Virus record (IMG/VR): IMGVR_UViG_3300002220_000740
Span: 28,246-92,245 of that record
DNA: 64,000 bases
Direction: 5' to 3' (one strand)
Source of the DNA: a virus
Lineage: Duplodnaviria; Caudoviricetes
Shown here: positions 49,301 to 56,564 of the stretch, in pieces
Layout: every line of letters begins with the position of its first letter
How positions within the stretch are numbered: position 1 is the stretch's first letter
The notes under the pieces: model-generated
Database searches by the model: none
What the model saw: the letters and a program-made list of their open reading frames with translations, nothing else
What the model was told of the DNA's origin: nothing
Translations under genes and position numbers: made by a program

Positions 49301-49417
49301 AGCCTTGGTCAGGTCAAGATCCGTCAGGCTTCGATTAACCCGAATGAAAGCATCGCGGAGAGGTGTTCCTGTACCGTCATTTGCTACAAGTCCAACATTT
49401 ACCAGTTCTATTGCCAT
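46367..49417 (-). CDS. tail fibre protein with internal repeats
   Basis: N-terminal VNVGLVANDGTGTPLRDAF; HxH motifs; DDHxQY..RGDARYS twice; three ~70-aa repeats; C-terminal AGEAL..GNLVY..GKVWKA domain. Confidence 0.8.
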   Translation of the reverse strand: MAIELVNVGLVANDGTGTPLRDAFIRVNRSLTDLDLTKAQVFYSEPTHPYNVNDLYITSERLYVCVNASTGAYQLTDWDAALDISSIVTSHGDLINLGEDDHLQYFNITRGDARYSLIGHDHSGIYSPIAHTHTGVYAPIIHTHLIVDITDYVPGSGADVSDWFEIVNPGLPNEYLRCKKPFAGDYEIQAWTSTGWLPPTIWESMPLATSTSIGGIQLGSGNTLFLREDGTWQEASGGAVYPPAGIPVSNGIAWGASITNNSANWNTAYGWGDHAGLYAPAVHNHDDRYFTETEINSWFELVGTAPNQYIRCKFPFAGDYEIQAWSDTGWLPPTIWESMPLATSTTVGGIQLGSGATLFLREDGTWQTVMTGSSMVYPGAGIALSTGSAWGTSITNNSANWNTAYGWGNHASAGYLTSQTSHADVVVDGDFTSQGIMLRDASAGIYSILTNNSTNWNTAYGWGNHAGLYRPISYVPAHNDTTSKQGGATGEYYHLIANIYNSLEYVPNGGSPYLRIKLPIACDYEIQAWSDFSQFPPTIWESMPLATSTSVGGIQLGSGSSLFLREDGTWQAASGASVSFGLSEQIPYTNTTVNNFLYSSNFSYDASEHTLNLACASAENAYLTLTYNTVPSLRLGASTVGGTIRGIGITISGINADGAQVGIGMHKSSATFLTVQDPDQTTPMTYAFAVNNSAGTGLFRIAEAGDVYILDLAAKASETNIVYYDSTTGKISYGAASSGGVTDHGALTGLGDDDHTQYYNQTRGDARYSLTTHNHAATYEPIISKSTGYLRYTGSAWEFKNETYALSSHTHAYIATTHTVNSIINGTGFLKNNGSGTWSWDNNTYVTGSGSNTRIAYWSSGSNITSNANLTYDGAVLTIERGIKLTAPSTSGTGSGIRSSFTAGEALAFGNLVYMKSDGKVWKAAASGITTTPVMGMCMGTVSANGAADILLSGRVYNSSWSLGTGGDVLYLTTSGGSFSVTAPSGVTGYVVQVIGVVLSATTIYFNPSLNRITLA
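47705..48931 (-). repeat. three ~70-aa repeat units within the fibre gene
   Basis: YxRxKxPxAxDYEIQAW...PPTIWESMPLATSTxxGGIQLGSGxxLFLREDGTWQ at about 48719-48931, 48317-48526 and 47705-47912, interleaved with TNNSxNWNTAYGWGxHA x3. Confidence 0.85.
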
Positions 49418-49698
49418 CAGATCTCGGTTGCATCAGAGAATATAAATGTCATGTCAGCTGTTAAAGGAATGGTAATGCGGACAGTGGAACCTGCATAAGT
49501 CAGGCTACTGGCTTCATATTCGATTTCATATTCTGCCCGAAGCAGGAACTCGTGCAGGATCTCCTGGAACAGGTCTTCGTGCTCGATCCCCAGCGCCATA
49601 CAGGTAGCCAGCTCCTTTGTCTTATGAGTAATGGAACTGTCAAGCGCAACAATAAAGTCTGCTACACTGTTATAATCGGCGGGATTGAGTGAGAACAT
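49417..49698 (-). CDS. hypothetical structural protein (possible tail hub)
   Basis: 93 aa; stop/start overlaps with both neighbours. Confidence 0.6.
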   Translation of the reverse strand: MFSLNPADYNSVADFIVALDSSITHKTKELATCMALGIEHEDLFQEILHEFLLRAEYEIEYEASSLTYAGSTVRITIPLTADMTFIFSDATEI

Positions 49699-50390
49699 TA
49701 ATGTCCGGGTTTAAAGATGTATACTCCAGTGTCCACAATTGTCTTCAGGGAAGCTGCCTTAATGTTTGCTTCCGAGTAGTAGCCGTGAGAGAAGTCATAG
49801 CGCAGGGCATACTGAATGATCATAAGCTTAAGCACCAGGTCCTTCATGTTGTCCAGGTCCTGCTTGTACGCAGTTTCGTCAGCACGAAGCAACAAGTACG
49901 AATTGATAGAGGTCGAAAGATATTCGTCTGACACCGCGGTCGTGAGCACCCGGCTGGTATAGGTTACCGTACCACCGGACCCACTGGTAAAGACCTTGTA
50001 GACGCCGTCCGGTAGGACTGAGTAATCAAATGGAATCACTGAACCGGCTGCGTCCTTATAGGTAAACTTGGCACTGTTACCGGCTGCCTTCAGATCATCC
50101 ACGGATATATGCATGAAAAGATCCAGGGCATCCGTATCATATCCCCATTTTTGCAGGTCTGCAAGCAGGTTGATAGAATAGTAAGAAGTGAGCAACGTAT
50201 CTATGTTGCCTACCGGCAGGTAGTACGGGGAAAGAAAGAAGGTACTCTTGAGAGTGAGCACCGACAGATCCGGGAATGTAATAACAACCGCATCTCCATC
50301 GGGGGTAAATACCTCATAGGTGCCATCGTTAAGAAGCTGCATGATGAGAGCTTCGCCTTTACGGATTGCAGTTTTTGCTATTACAGCCAT
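49698..50390 (-). CDS. hypothetical structural protein (possible tail hub)
   Basis: LPDGVYKV motif, helical C-terminus; lies between capsid accessory and fibre genes. Confidence 0.6.
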   Translation of the reverse strand: MAVIAKTAIRKGEALIMQLLNDGTYEVFTPDGDAVVITFPDLSVLTLKSTFFLSPYYLPVGNIDTLLTSYYSINLLADLQKWGYDTDALDLFMHISVDDLKAAGNSAKFTYKDAAGSVIPFDYSVLPDGVYKVFTSGSGGTVTYTSRVLTTAVSDEYLSTSINSYLLLRADETAYKQDLDNMKDLVLKLMIIQYALRYDFSHGYYSEANIKAASLKTIVDTGVYIFKPGH

Positions 50391-50402
50391 GGTTGAAAAT
50401 AT

Positions 50403-50430
50403 AAAAGAAAGGGGAGGATCACCTCCCCTC
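50403..50430 (-). terminator. Rho-independent terminator
   Basis: Minus strand AGGGGAGG-TGAT-CCTCCCCT followed by TTCTTTT. Confidence 0.82.
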
Positions 50431-50438
50431 TTAGGTGA

Positions 50439-51341
50439 TTAAAGTGAAACAGGAAGAGCAGCCTCAAGGAGATCGCCAAAGCTGGAAACAGCACCAGCAG
50501 TTTCAACGATGTACAGCTTGTGTACGTTTACACCCTGATATTTGCCACCGTCGACCGGATTGTATGCTTTTGCAAGCTCAAGCACATATATGTCAAAGGT
50601 TGAAACAGAAGGCTGAGCCTTGGAAGGAGCAACCTTGGGGAACAGAACCTTGTTCCACACGCCAAACTGGTAGGAGTTGCACTCCTGCTCCAGAGCCAGT
50701 ACCTTGGCAAGAGTACCCGTTGCCGGGATCATCTTGGTTGTCAGGACGGTCGTGAAGACAGATGCAAGATCATCAGTTGCCGAAGCAAAAGTGATGTCCT
50801 TGTCAGCGGTGAGAATCAGGGTAGTTGTACCGGAGGCAGTAATTGCAAAGTCCTCATCGGCATTGATCTGAGCCCTGAATGCATCCCCTACAGTTGTAGC
50901 TGTAAAGTCGGTACCCGTGTGAACAACCTGAAATGACTTGCGAAGCATCGGCATGGTGCCGGTCGTAAGGTCAATCAGCTTGATCGTGTAGATGTCACCG
51001 GGATACTGCGTTGCGGGAAGGACCGGGGTAATGGTAGTTACCTGGGCAGTTCCTGCGCTGTATGCAATCTTCTGGTATCTTACGATCTCAGAGAGACTGA
51101 ATTCAGGTGAGCAATAGAGAGTGAGGTCAGTGGCAGATCTGCGTGTGACAACCTTGAATTGGCGTTTCTCATTAGCGTTTGTATTCGCATCGGCGGCAAT
51201 AAAGCCAGCCAACGTAATTGCAAACGTGTCAGTAGGAAGCATTGAAGAGTCAGCAGGGACAATGCCGTACTGACCTGCGGCGAGAGTGCTTAAGGCACCG
51301 GCTACGCCGACTGTAGCTCCAGGAAAATAGATAGATTTCAT
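50439..51341 (-). CDS. auxiliary capsid/head structural protein
   Basis: Thr/Ala-rich; YSAGTAQVTTIT, GTLAKVLALE; followed by a terminator; crAss position. Confidence 0.6.
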   Translation of the reverse strand: MKSIYFPGATVGVAGALSTLAAGQYGIVPADSSMLPTDTFAITLAGFIAADANTNANEKRQFKVVTRRSATDLTLYCSPEFSLSEIVRYQKIAYSAGTAQVTTITPVLPATQYPGDIYTIKLIDLTTGTMPMLRKSFQVVHTGTDFTATTVGDAFRAQINADEDFAITASGTTTLILTADKDITFASATDDLASVFTTVLTTKMIPATGTLAKVLALEQECNSYQFGVWNKVLFPKVAPSKAQPSVSTFDIYVLELAKAYNPVDGGKYQGVNVHKLYIVETAGAVSSFGDLLEAALPVSL

Positions 51342-51363
51342 AATCGTTTAATTTTAAAGGTTT

Positions 51364-52398
51364 TTACTCGTTTTTCAGTGACTCCTGACTTGAACTCTGG
51401 TACCTCTGCGATTCTATAACCTCTAAAATGTGATTGACCACCAGGTCTACTATTTCCAAATGCGTGTGTTCAGGTAATTCACAATTGTATGACGAAGTTA
51501 AACTAACAGCCCTCGGTTTGCGCAAATAGACCATAAAGAGGTCTTTTAATATAAACCTTTCACCGCAGGGCATTACCAGAGTATTCTCCCTGATCACTCC
51601 AAGTGGCGATCTCTCAGTGGCTTTGGCATATGGATTTTCCTGGTTGTTATAAAGGTTCTCATGCTCAACGATTCTCACCGGCTTATTGTATACCGGAAAA
51701 TTATACACCGGATAATCCTTTACTATCCATGCCGTACCATTATAATATATAAGAGCGTTCTTTGCTACTACATGTCCAAGAACTGTTCCTGCCATGGCAG
51801 AGATGTAAAAGTCTCCCCTGGCTGGTACGGGCAAGACTGCGCTGGTGGTGTCCTTTGCCATGCCAAGATAGCGGGTTGCAATGCCGGTTTCAAGGACAAG
51901 CGGACGGACGTTGACAACCAGGTTCACGCGCATGGATACTTGTACAAAGAAGTCAAAAGCAGCAACCGTTCCCGTTCCTGTACCAGCCCCTGACGCGGTA
52001 AACACCGTGCCCACGTTGTTATTAGGAGCGCCTATGGTCATGAAATTGGTATTGCCCACCGTTACTATCTGGTAAGAAGAGCCGGATACCGTACCCGTAA
52101 CTGCACCCGGGGAAGCCGGACTCAACAGGTATTTCCTCTCGTCTGGGCTGGTATTGTCAATTATGGGCAGCAGGGTAACTTCTTTTACGATGGTCTGGAG
52201 ATCGGCAAGCCGTTTGGAGGTATCCTCGAACCCACGCCGTTTGGGATTGGAATCCGGATACAGGCGCTGCTTGATAAACGCTTCCTGCATATTGTTAATA
52301 AACAGGTCAATCTCCTGGGGTTGAAAATTCTCAAACACGTAGGAGTTCATATTCTGAAGCTTCTGCTCTATGGCAGTGTGCATGGCTTGTATTATCAT
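51364..52398 (-). CDS. head-tail ring protein with inserted domains
   Basis: EIDLFINNMQ, GFEDTSKRLADL, YLRKP, CELPEHTHLEIVDL are ring-protein motifs. Confidence 0.72.
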   Translation of the reverse strand: MIIQAMHTAIEQKLQNMNSYVFENFQPQEIDLFINNMQEAFIKQRLYPDSNPKRRGFEDTSKRLADLQTIVKEVTLLPIIDNTSPDERKYLLSPASPGAVTGTVSGSSYQIVTVGNTNFMTIGAPNNNVGTVFTASGAGTGTGTVAAFDFFVQVSMRVNLVVNVRPLVLETGIATRYLGMAKDTTSAVLPVPARGDFYISAMAGTVLGHVVAKNALIYYNGTAWIVKDYPVYNFPVYNKPVRIVEHENLYNNQENPYAKATERSPLGVIRENTLVMPCGERFILKDLFMVYLRKPRAVSLTSSYNCELPEHTHLEIVDLVVNHILEVIESQRYQSSSQESLKNE

Positions 52399-52409
52399 CG
52401 CTCTGAAGT

Positions 52410-52997
52410 TTAAATTATACCTTCAACTTTGAGTATCCCCATTATGTGCATGTTTGCAACACGTTGCCGGAACTCATTTGTCATCATCAGTCTGCATTCT
52501 TCCTCTGTGTCAAAGAAGAAGTTCTCAGTAAGAATCGCAGGACAGAGCGTGTTCTTCAGGATCGTAAAGTTCATTTCCTTATCAGGATCCTCTATTGAAG
52601 TGCCAATGCGCATCTTCATTTCAGGGAATTCTTTTGCTGCTTCCCCGTAGAACACTTTCGCCACCCTGTCTGAGGGCGTCTGTCCTTTTGATGTCCACAC
52701 CTCCCAGCCCCGACCCTTGCCTGCGTTTCCGTGAATGCTGATCAACACGGAGTTGTAGTTGGTTTTCACCAAGGTGTTCACGCGCTCAACTCGTTCGGAC
52801 AGGTTGACGTCATAATCCTCGGGCACCAGAATATGGAACCGGACATCCTCGCGACGTCCAAGCGTATACGCAATTCTGCGTACTATATCCCTGTTGTACT
52901 CCCACTCAAAGAGCTGGGAGCCGTCTGCCCATATCGGAGAGCGTTTGCCCACGGTGTTCTTTCCGTGTCCGCCATCCAGTATCCAGAGTCTGTTCAT
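52410..52997 (-). CDS. N-acetylmuramoyl-L-alanine amidase (Amidase_3), probable endolysin
   Basis: ILDGGHG, EWEYN, ISIHGNA, GWEVW, PAILTENFF. Confidence 0.92.
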   Translation of the reverse strand: MNRLWILDGGHGKNTVGKRSPIWADGSQLFEWEYNRDIVRRIAYTLGRREDVRFHILVPEDYDVNLSERVERVNTLVKTNYNSVLISIHGNAGKGRGWEVWTSKGQTPSDRVAKVFYGEAAKEFPEMKMRIGTSIEDPDKEMNFTILKNTLCPAILTENFFFDTEEECRLMMTNEFRQRVANMHIMGILKVEGII

Positions 52998-53000
52998 AAG

Positions 53001-53030
53001 TAGAAGTACCAGGCGTTACCCTGGTACTCT
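53001..53030 (-). terminator. stem-loop, possible weak terminator
   Basis: AGTACCAGG-GTAACG-CCTGGTACT followed by a weak U tail. Confidence 0.45.
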
Positions 53031-53035
53031 CTATA

Positions 53036-53848
53036 TTATTTAAACTCAGCCAATCTTGCTTTGAGGACGGTCACAGTCTCGCTGTGAGATTTGTCCTTAA
53101 AGTATTCGATCGTTTCCTCGACCGTGCCTCCCAGGCGCTCATCGCCGTTAAGGATCGAAGTGCCTACCCGGCGCAGCACGCTGCAACGGACGCAGTTCTC
53201 GATAAAGGCTTTGTACTCCAGGTTTGCATCCTTGAGAACCGCAAGAAATTTGTCGGGGGAATCCATCACGAATTTCTCCATCGAAAGTTCTCTTTGTTTC
53301 TCATCCATCTTGACCGCACCGTCAATTCCGCATACGTTCATCACCATGACAAGTTTCTCTTCGTTGGCGGTGAGCTTGATGAACTCCTTGTAGGCGTCCT
53401 TCTTGCCGCGAAGCTTCTCATAGTCAGCCTCAAGTTTCTTGGCTGTGTCAAGGATGAAGTACAGGTACTTGGCTGCCTTGGCATGTTCCTCGTCGGGAGC
53501 TACCTCGGGACAACCGACGCAAAAGCGGTACTTGATGTAATCGTTCAGGTTCAAAGGCTCACCGTCTTTGTCAACGCCTATCTCCAGTGGAGTGCCGCCC
53601 GGATGCAAAACTTCGACCGTAAGATTGGCAAAGTAATCCTTGACCTGCTTCTGGTAGGTGATGTCTGTGGACAGGATGCCGAGAACCCGTGGCATAAACC
53701 GGCGCTCTTCCTCGATTGTCATTCCCGAGCCTATGTCGCCTGTAGGAGTAAAATATGACCCGATCTTTTTCTTACTGTCTTCGTAAAGGTTTGCCGGGAT
53801 GTTTGTCGTATTCTTACGACGCTTGATTACTACGGTTTTTGAACTCAT
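53036..53848 (-). CDS. conserved crAss-like protein downstream of the MCP
   Basis: PLNLNDYIKYRF, LGGTVEETIEYF; directly after the major capsid gene. Confidence 0.7.
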   Translation of the reverse strand: MSSKTVVIKRRKNTTNIPANLYEDSKKKIGSYFTPTGDIGSGMTIEEERRFMPRVLGILSTDITYQKQVKDYFANLTVEVLHPGGTPLEIGVDKDGEPLNLNDYIKYRFCVGCPEVAPDEEHAKAAKYLYFILDTAKKLEADYEKLRGKKDAYKEFIKLTANEEKLVMVMNVCGIDGAVKMDEKQRELSMEKFVMDSPDKFLAVLKDANLEYKAFIENCVRCSVLRRVGTSILNGDERLGGTVEETIEYFKDKSHSETVTVLKARLAEFK

Positions 53849-53869
53849 ACTTTTTTCTTGGTTAGTATT

Positions 53870-53908
53870 AAAAAACTCTGGTACTACCCCTATTGATAGT
53901 ACCAGAGT
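53870..53908 (-). terminator. Rho-independent terminator after the MCP
   Basis: ACTCTGGTACTA-loop-TAGTACCAGAGT then TTTTT on the minus strand. Confidence 0.82.
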
Positions 53909-53917
53909 CTGAATTAT

Positions 53918-55372
53918 TTATGCAGCAACACAACGCAGGTGTAAGCAGTTGGTGGCACGTTTGATCTGGATACCGCCAGTCTTCATGAAATGGACAGAAG
54001 CTCCGTCAATGTCATTAGCCCTGGTGTTGTTTCCGGTAAAGCCCGGAGGAACAGTAGCACCGGCAACAGCCCATCTGAGCATGTCGCGTCCGGTCTGAAC
54101 TACCATCTGGATGTTGGGTTCGCCATCGTATGTTGAATGGTCAAGGAAGAACATCCTGTATGATTCCAGCGGTAAGCCGGTACGGGGATGCTTCGGTGAG
54201 TTCAGGGCGCGGGCGCCGTTGTCCAGAAGCGGGAGATGTCTCACGGTAATTACGTGACCGTCGATGTGCTTGTAAGAGGTGAAGAAACCGCCGAATTGCA
54301 TCGAGTTTCCTGAGCCGGTGATGAACGAACCCGGATCGGTATTCTTGATGTAGGATCCTGCAGAGATCTCGCTCTTGATAGCATTGTCAAACTCCTCAAG
54401 ACCACCGAGACCGGTGTAGAGTATGATGTTCATTGCCTGAGCATCCGATGCGCCAAAGAGAGCATCACGAACAGCATTCTTCAGTTTTGAAGTAGTAAGA
54501 ACAGTGTAGGTGTCAGTGTTGGGGATCTGCTCCATAACACCTGAACCCAAGGGAATAGGTTTGCCGTTCTCGTCGCGCAGGTTGATAACGCCATTGGCGT
54601 CCCTGTTGTACTTCGAAAACCACAGCTGGTATTCACCTTCTTCTTTCCAGCGAAGCATGTGCTGGTACTCTTCGAAGTCATACCACAGCTTGGTCTTCTT
54701 GCCATTGACGTTGAATTCAACGTTGACAACCTTGTTGGGCATGTTACCTTCGTAGCGGTAGGACTTACGGATCTGAGTGATCTGGTTGCGAGCCCTTGAG
54801 GGAGCGACCCAGTTCGATTCATTACCGCGTGATCCAGAAGCAGCCACGGGGGCGAATAACTGTACGAACAGCTTGTTCAGAAGGTCAGTTGTGCTAACCG
54901 TAGCTGTTACGTCAGTGGTGATCATCTTCGTGGTGTAGCTCCATCCGCCACTTGCAGTCTCAGAGCCGTCATCCATGATACGGAACTGGGTTCCATCAGG
55001 AGACTCTATGATGTACTGGCGTACGAACCACTTCTCAGTGAAGGTGAGCGTAATGTTGGCGAAGCCAGCTCCCAGCGATACGCCAGCAGTTGTTCCACCG
55101 TTTACAGCGGTACACATGACGGCTTTGTTCTGCCTGCCCATGATCGGGTAGTCATATTCAAATCCGTTGATGTAATGGATATTTCCCAGTCCTTCTGTAA
55201 GGAAAGAAAGCGGAAACCTTTTGTCTTCCCGACCTGCAAGGTGGGTAAGAACCGGTGACAGAACATCGGGCTGCGTAAGCAGTGCGTTAGCCAACGAGTT
55301 CTCGTCGGTCATCCCCTGCGGGTTCCAGATGTCTGCGTATAACCGGAGTTTTTGAATGTTGTCAGCAGCCAT
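53918..55372 (-). CDS. major capsid protein (crAss-type HK97 fold)
   Basis: MTDENSLA, FPLSFLTEG, RNQITQIRKS, LYTGLGG, HPRTGLPLESYRM; follows portal and scaffold. Confidence 0.9.
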   Translation of the reverse strand: MAADNIQKLRLYADIWNPQGMTDENSLANALLTQPDVLSPVLTHLAGREDKRFPLSFLTEGLGNIHYINGFEYDYPIMGRQNKAVMCTAVNGGTTAGVSLGAGFANITLTFTEKWFVRQYIIESPDGTQFRIMDDGSETASGGWSYTTKMITTDVTATVSTTDLLNKLFVQLFAPVAASGSRGNESNWVAPSRARNQITQIRKSYRYEGNMPNKVVNVEFNVNGKKTKLWYDFEEYQHMLRWKEEGEYQLWFSKYNRDANGVINLRDENGKPIPLGSGVMEQIPNTDTYTVLTTSKLKNAVRDALFGASDAQAMNIILYTGLGGLEEFDNAIKSEISAGSYIKNTDPGSFITGSGNSMQFGGFFTSYKHIDGHVITVRHLPLLDNGARALNSPKHPRTGLPLESYRMFFLDHSTYDGEPNIQMVVQTGRDMLRWAVAGATVPPGFTGNNTRANDIDGASVHFMKTGGIQIKRATNCLHLRCVAA

Positions 55373-55476
55373 TGTTTAATTGGTTTTTAGTAAGACAATA
55401 AGATTCGTTTGCCCATCCTTTGAAGGAGCGTGCTGCCTGTTCAACATTACTGGAAAAAATCACTTTTGCTGTAGTC

Positions 55477-56499
55477 TTAAAAAATCTCGTTTATGCCTGG
55501 GAGCTTAACCGGCATCTTCACCGGCTGTGATCCCGATCCACTCAGTTTCTTACCCGTCGTACTGCCGCCGAGTCCTGCCCTGAGTGAGCGTGCCTGGATT
55601 GTCTGAGCCTTGGCTGTTATAAGTTTGCCGAGGTCGAAGTTCTTGTAGAGAAGATATTCCATGGCTATCATGGTTTCAACATCCATCTTCTCCCTTGTCA
55701 GATCTCTCTGCGATCTTCCCTGCTTGTCAGCAGGCTTTGCCATCCAGTCAAAAAACTTCTTCTTTTCCGAATCCGGAATTTGTATGCCTTTGATCACGCC
55801 TGTGGTGACCGTGTTTTCAATTTTGCCCCAGAACTCCCGGGTCTCAGCGACCTCCTGGTCTTTTGCCTTCTGCTGGTTTGCCACTATTGCAGCGTGTTCC
55901 TTTTCCGACATCTTTGCCAGCTTGGTCTGGGCGTTCTTTGCTTGTTTAAACAGCAGTCCTGTATTGGAGTAGTCTGTGATTATCTCCTCAATCTCGGCTG
56001 CCTCGTATCCCTGTTTCACCAGGTACTTGTTAAGCATCGTCTTCTGCGTAGCTTCATCCTCTTCGGTCAGGGTTACCTTTTCGATCCCTGCTCCTGCAAC
56101 TGCCTCGCGGTACTTGTCCGGGTCACCCCCGTTTATGCGGTACCTTGTATACTCCTCGACGTCAGGGAACTGCTGGAAGAACTCAAGCAGCTGTGCGCTT
56201 GCCATCTTCTCTGCGACCTTGGGTACGAACGACTTCAATCCGTCCTCGTCATCGGGATATTCTTCGCCCTCTTCGAACTGATAACCGAAGCTGGTAGCCA
56301 GGTTAGCAATTACTGTGGGCTCATCTGTAGGTTCTCCAATCTCTGCTTCCTGTTCCTCAGCCACTTCAGGCTCAGGTTCTGGTTCAGGACTTGGTGCTGG
56401 CTCCGGTTCCGGATTAATATCAGGCTCTGGAGTTTGATCTGGTTCTGGTTCGGGATCGTTCGAAAACAGATCCGTCAGTTTAATGTCTTTGAAATCCAT
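55477..56499 (-). CDS. acidic scaffold-like protein between portal and MCP
   Basis: (EP)n repeat, very acidic N-terminus, coiled coil; ATG at 56499. Confidence 0.7.
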   Translation of the reverse strand: MDFKDIKLTDLFSNDPEPEPDQTPEPDINPEPEPAPSPEPEPEPEVAEEQEAEIGEPTDEPTVIANLATSFGYQFEEGEEYPDDEDGLKSFVPKVAEKMASAQLLEFFQQFPDVEEYTRYRINGGDPDKYREAVAGAGIEKVTLTEEDEATQKTMLNKYLVKQGYEAAEIEEIITDYSNTGLLFKQAKNAQTKLAKMSEKEHAAIVANQQKAKDQEVAETREFWGKIENTVTTGVIKGIQIPDSEKKKFFDWMAKPADKQGRSQRDLTREKMDVETMIAMEYLLYKNFDLGKLITAKAQTIQARSLRAGLGGSTTGKKLSGSGSQPVKMPVKLPGINEIF

Positions 56500-56505
56500 A
56501 CTATA

Positions 56506-56513
56506 CAAATTTA
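56506..56513 (-). promoter_or_regulatory. Bacteroidota sigma-A -7 element TAAATTTG
   Basis: Exact TAnnTTTG 6 nt upstream of the ATG at 56499. Confidence 0.45.
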
Positions 56514-56564
56514 TGTTACCTATTACCTATGGGTGGTTGCTATGTAAATGCGTTATTATATCGA

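Noticed and set aside
46367-49417. Diversity-generating retroelement (TR/VR) as an explanation for the fibre repeats
   Set aside because: The repeats are in-frame coding units with mostly synonymous, not adenine-specific, differences, and there is no reverse transcriptase in the window
55395-55445. c-di-GMP-I riboswitch suggested by GGGCAAAC
   Set aside because: The P2 GNRA/receptor architecture and the order of elements do not match
56360-56455. Short tandem repeats in the scaffold gene
   Set aside because: They simply encode a Pro-Glu low-complexity linker
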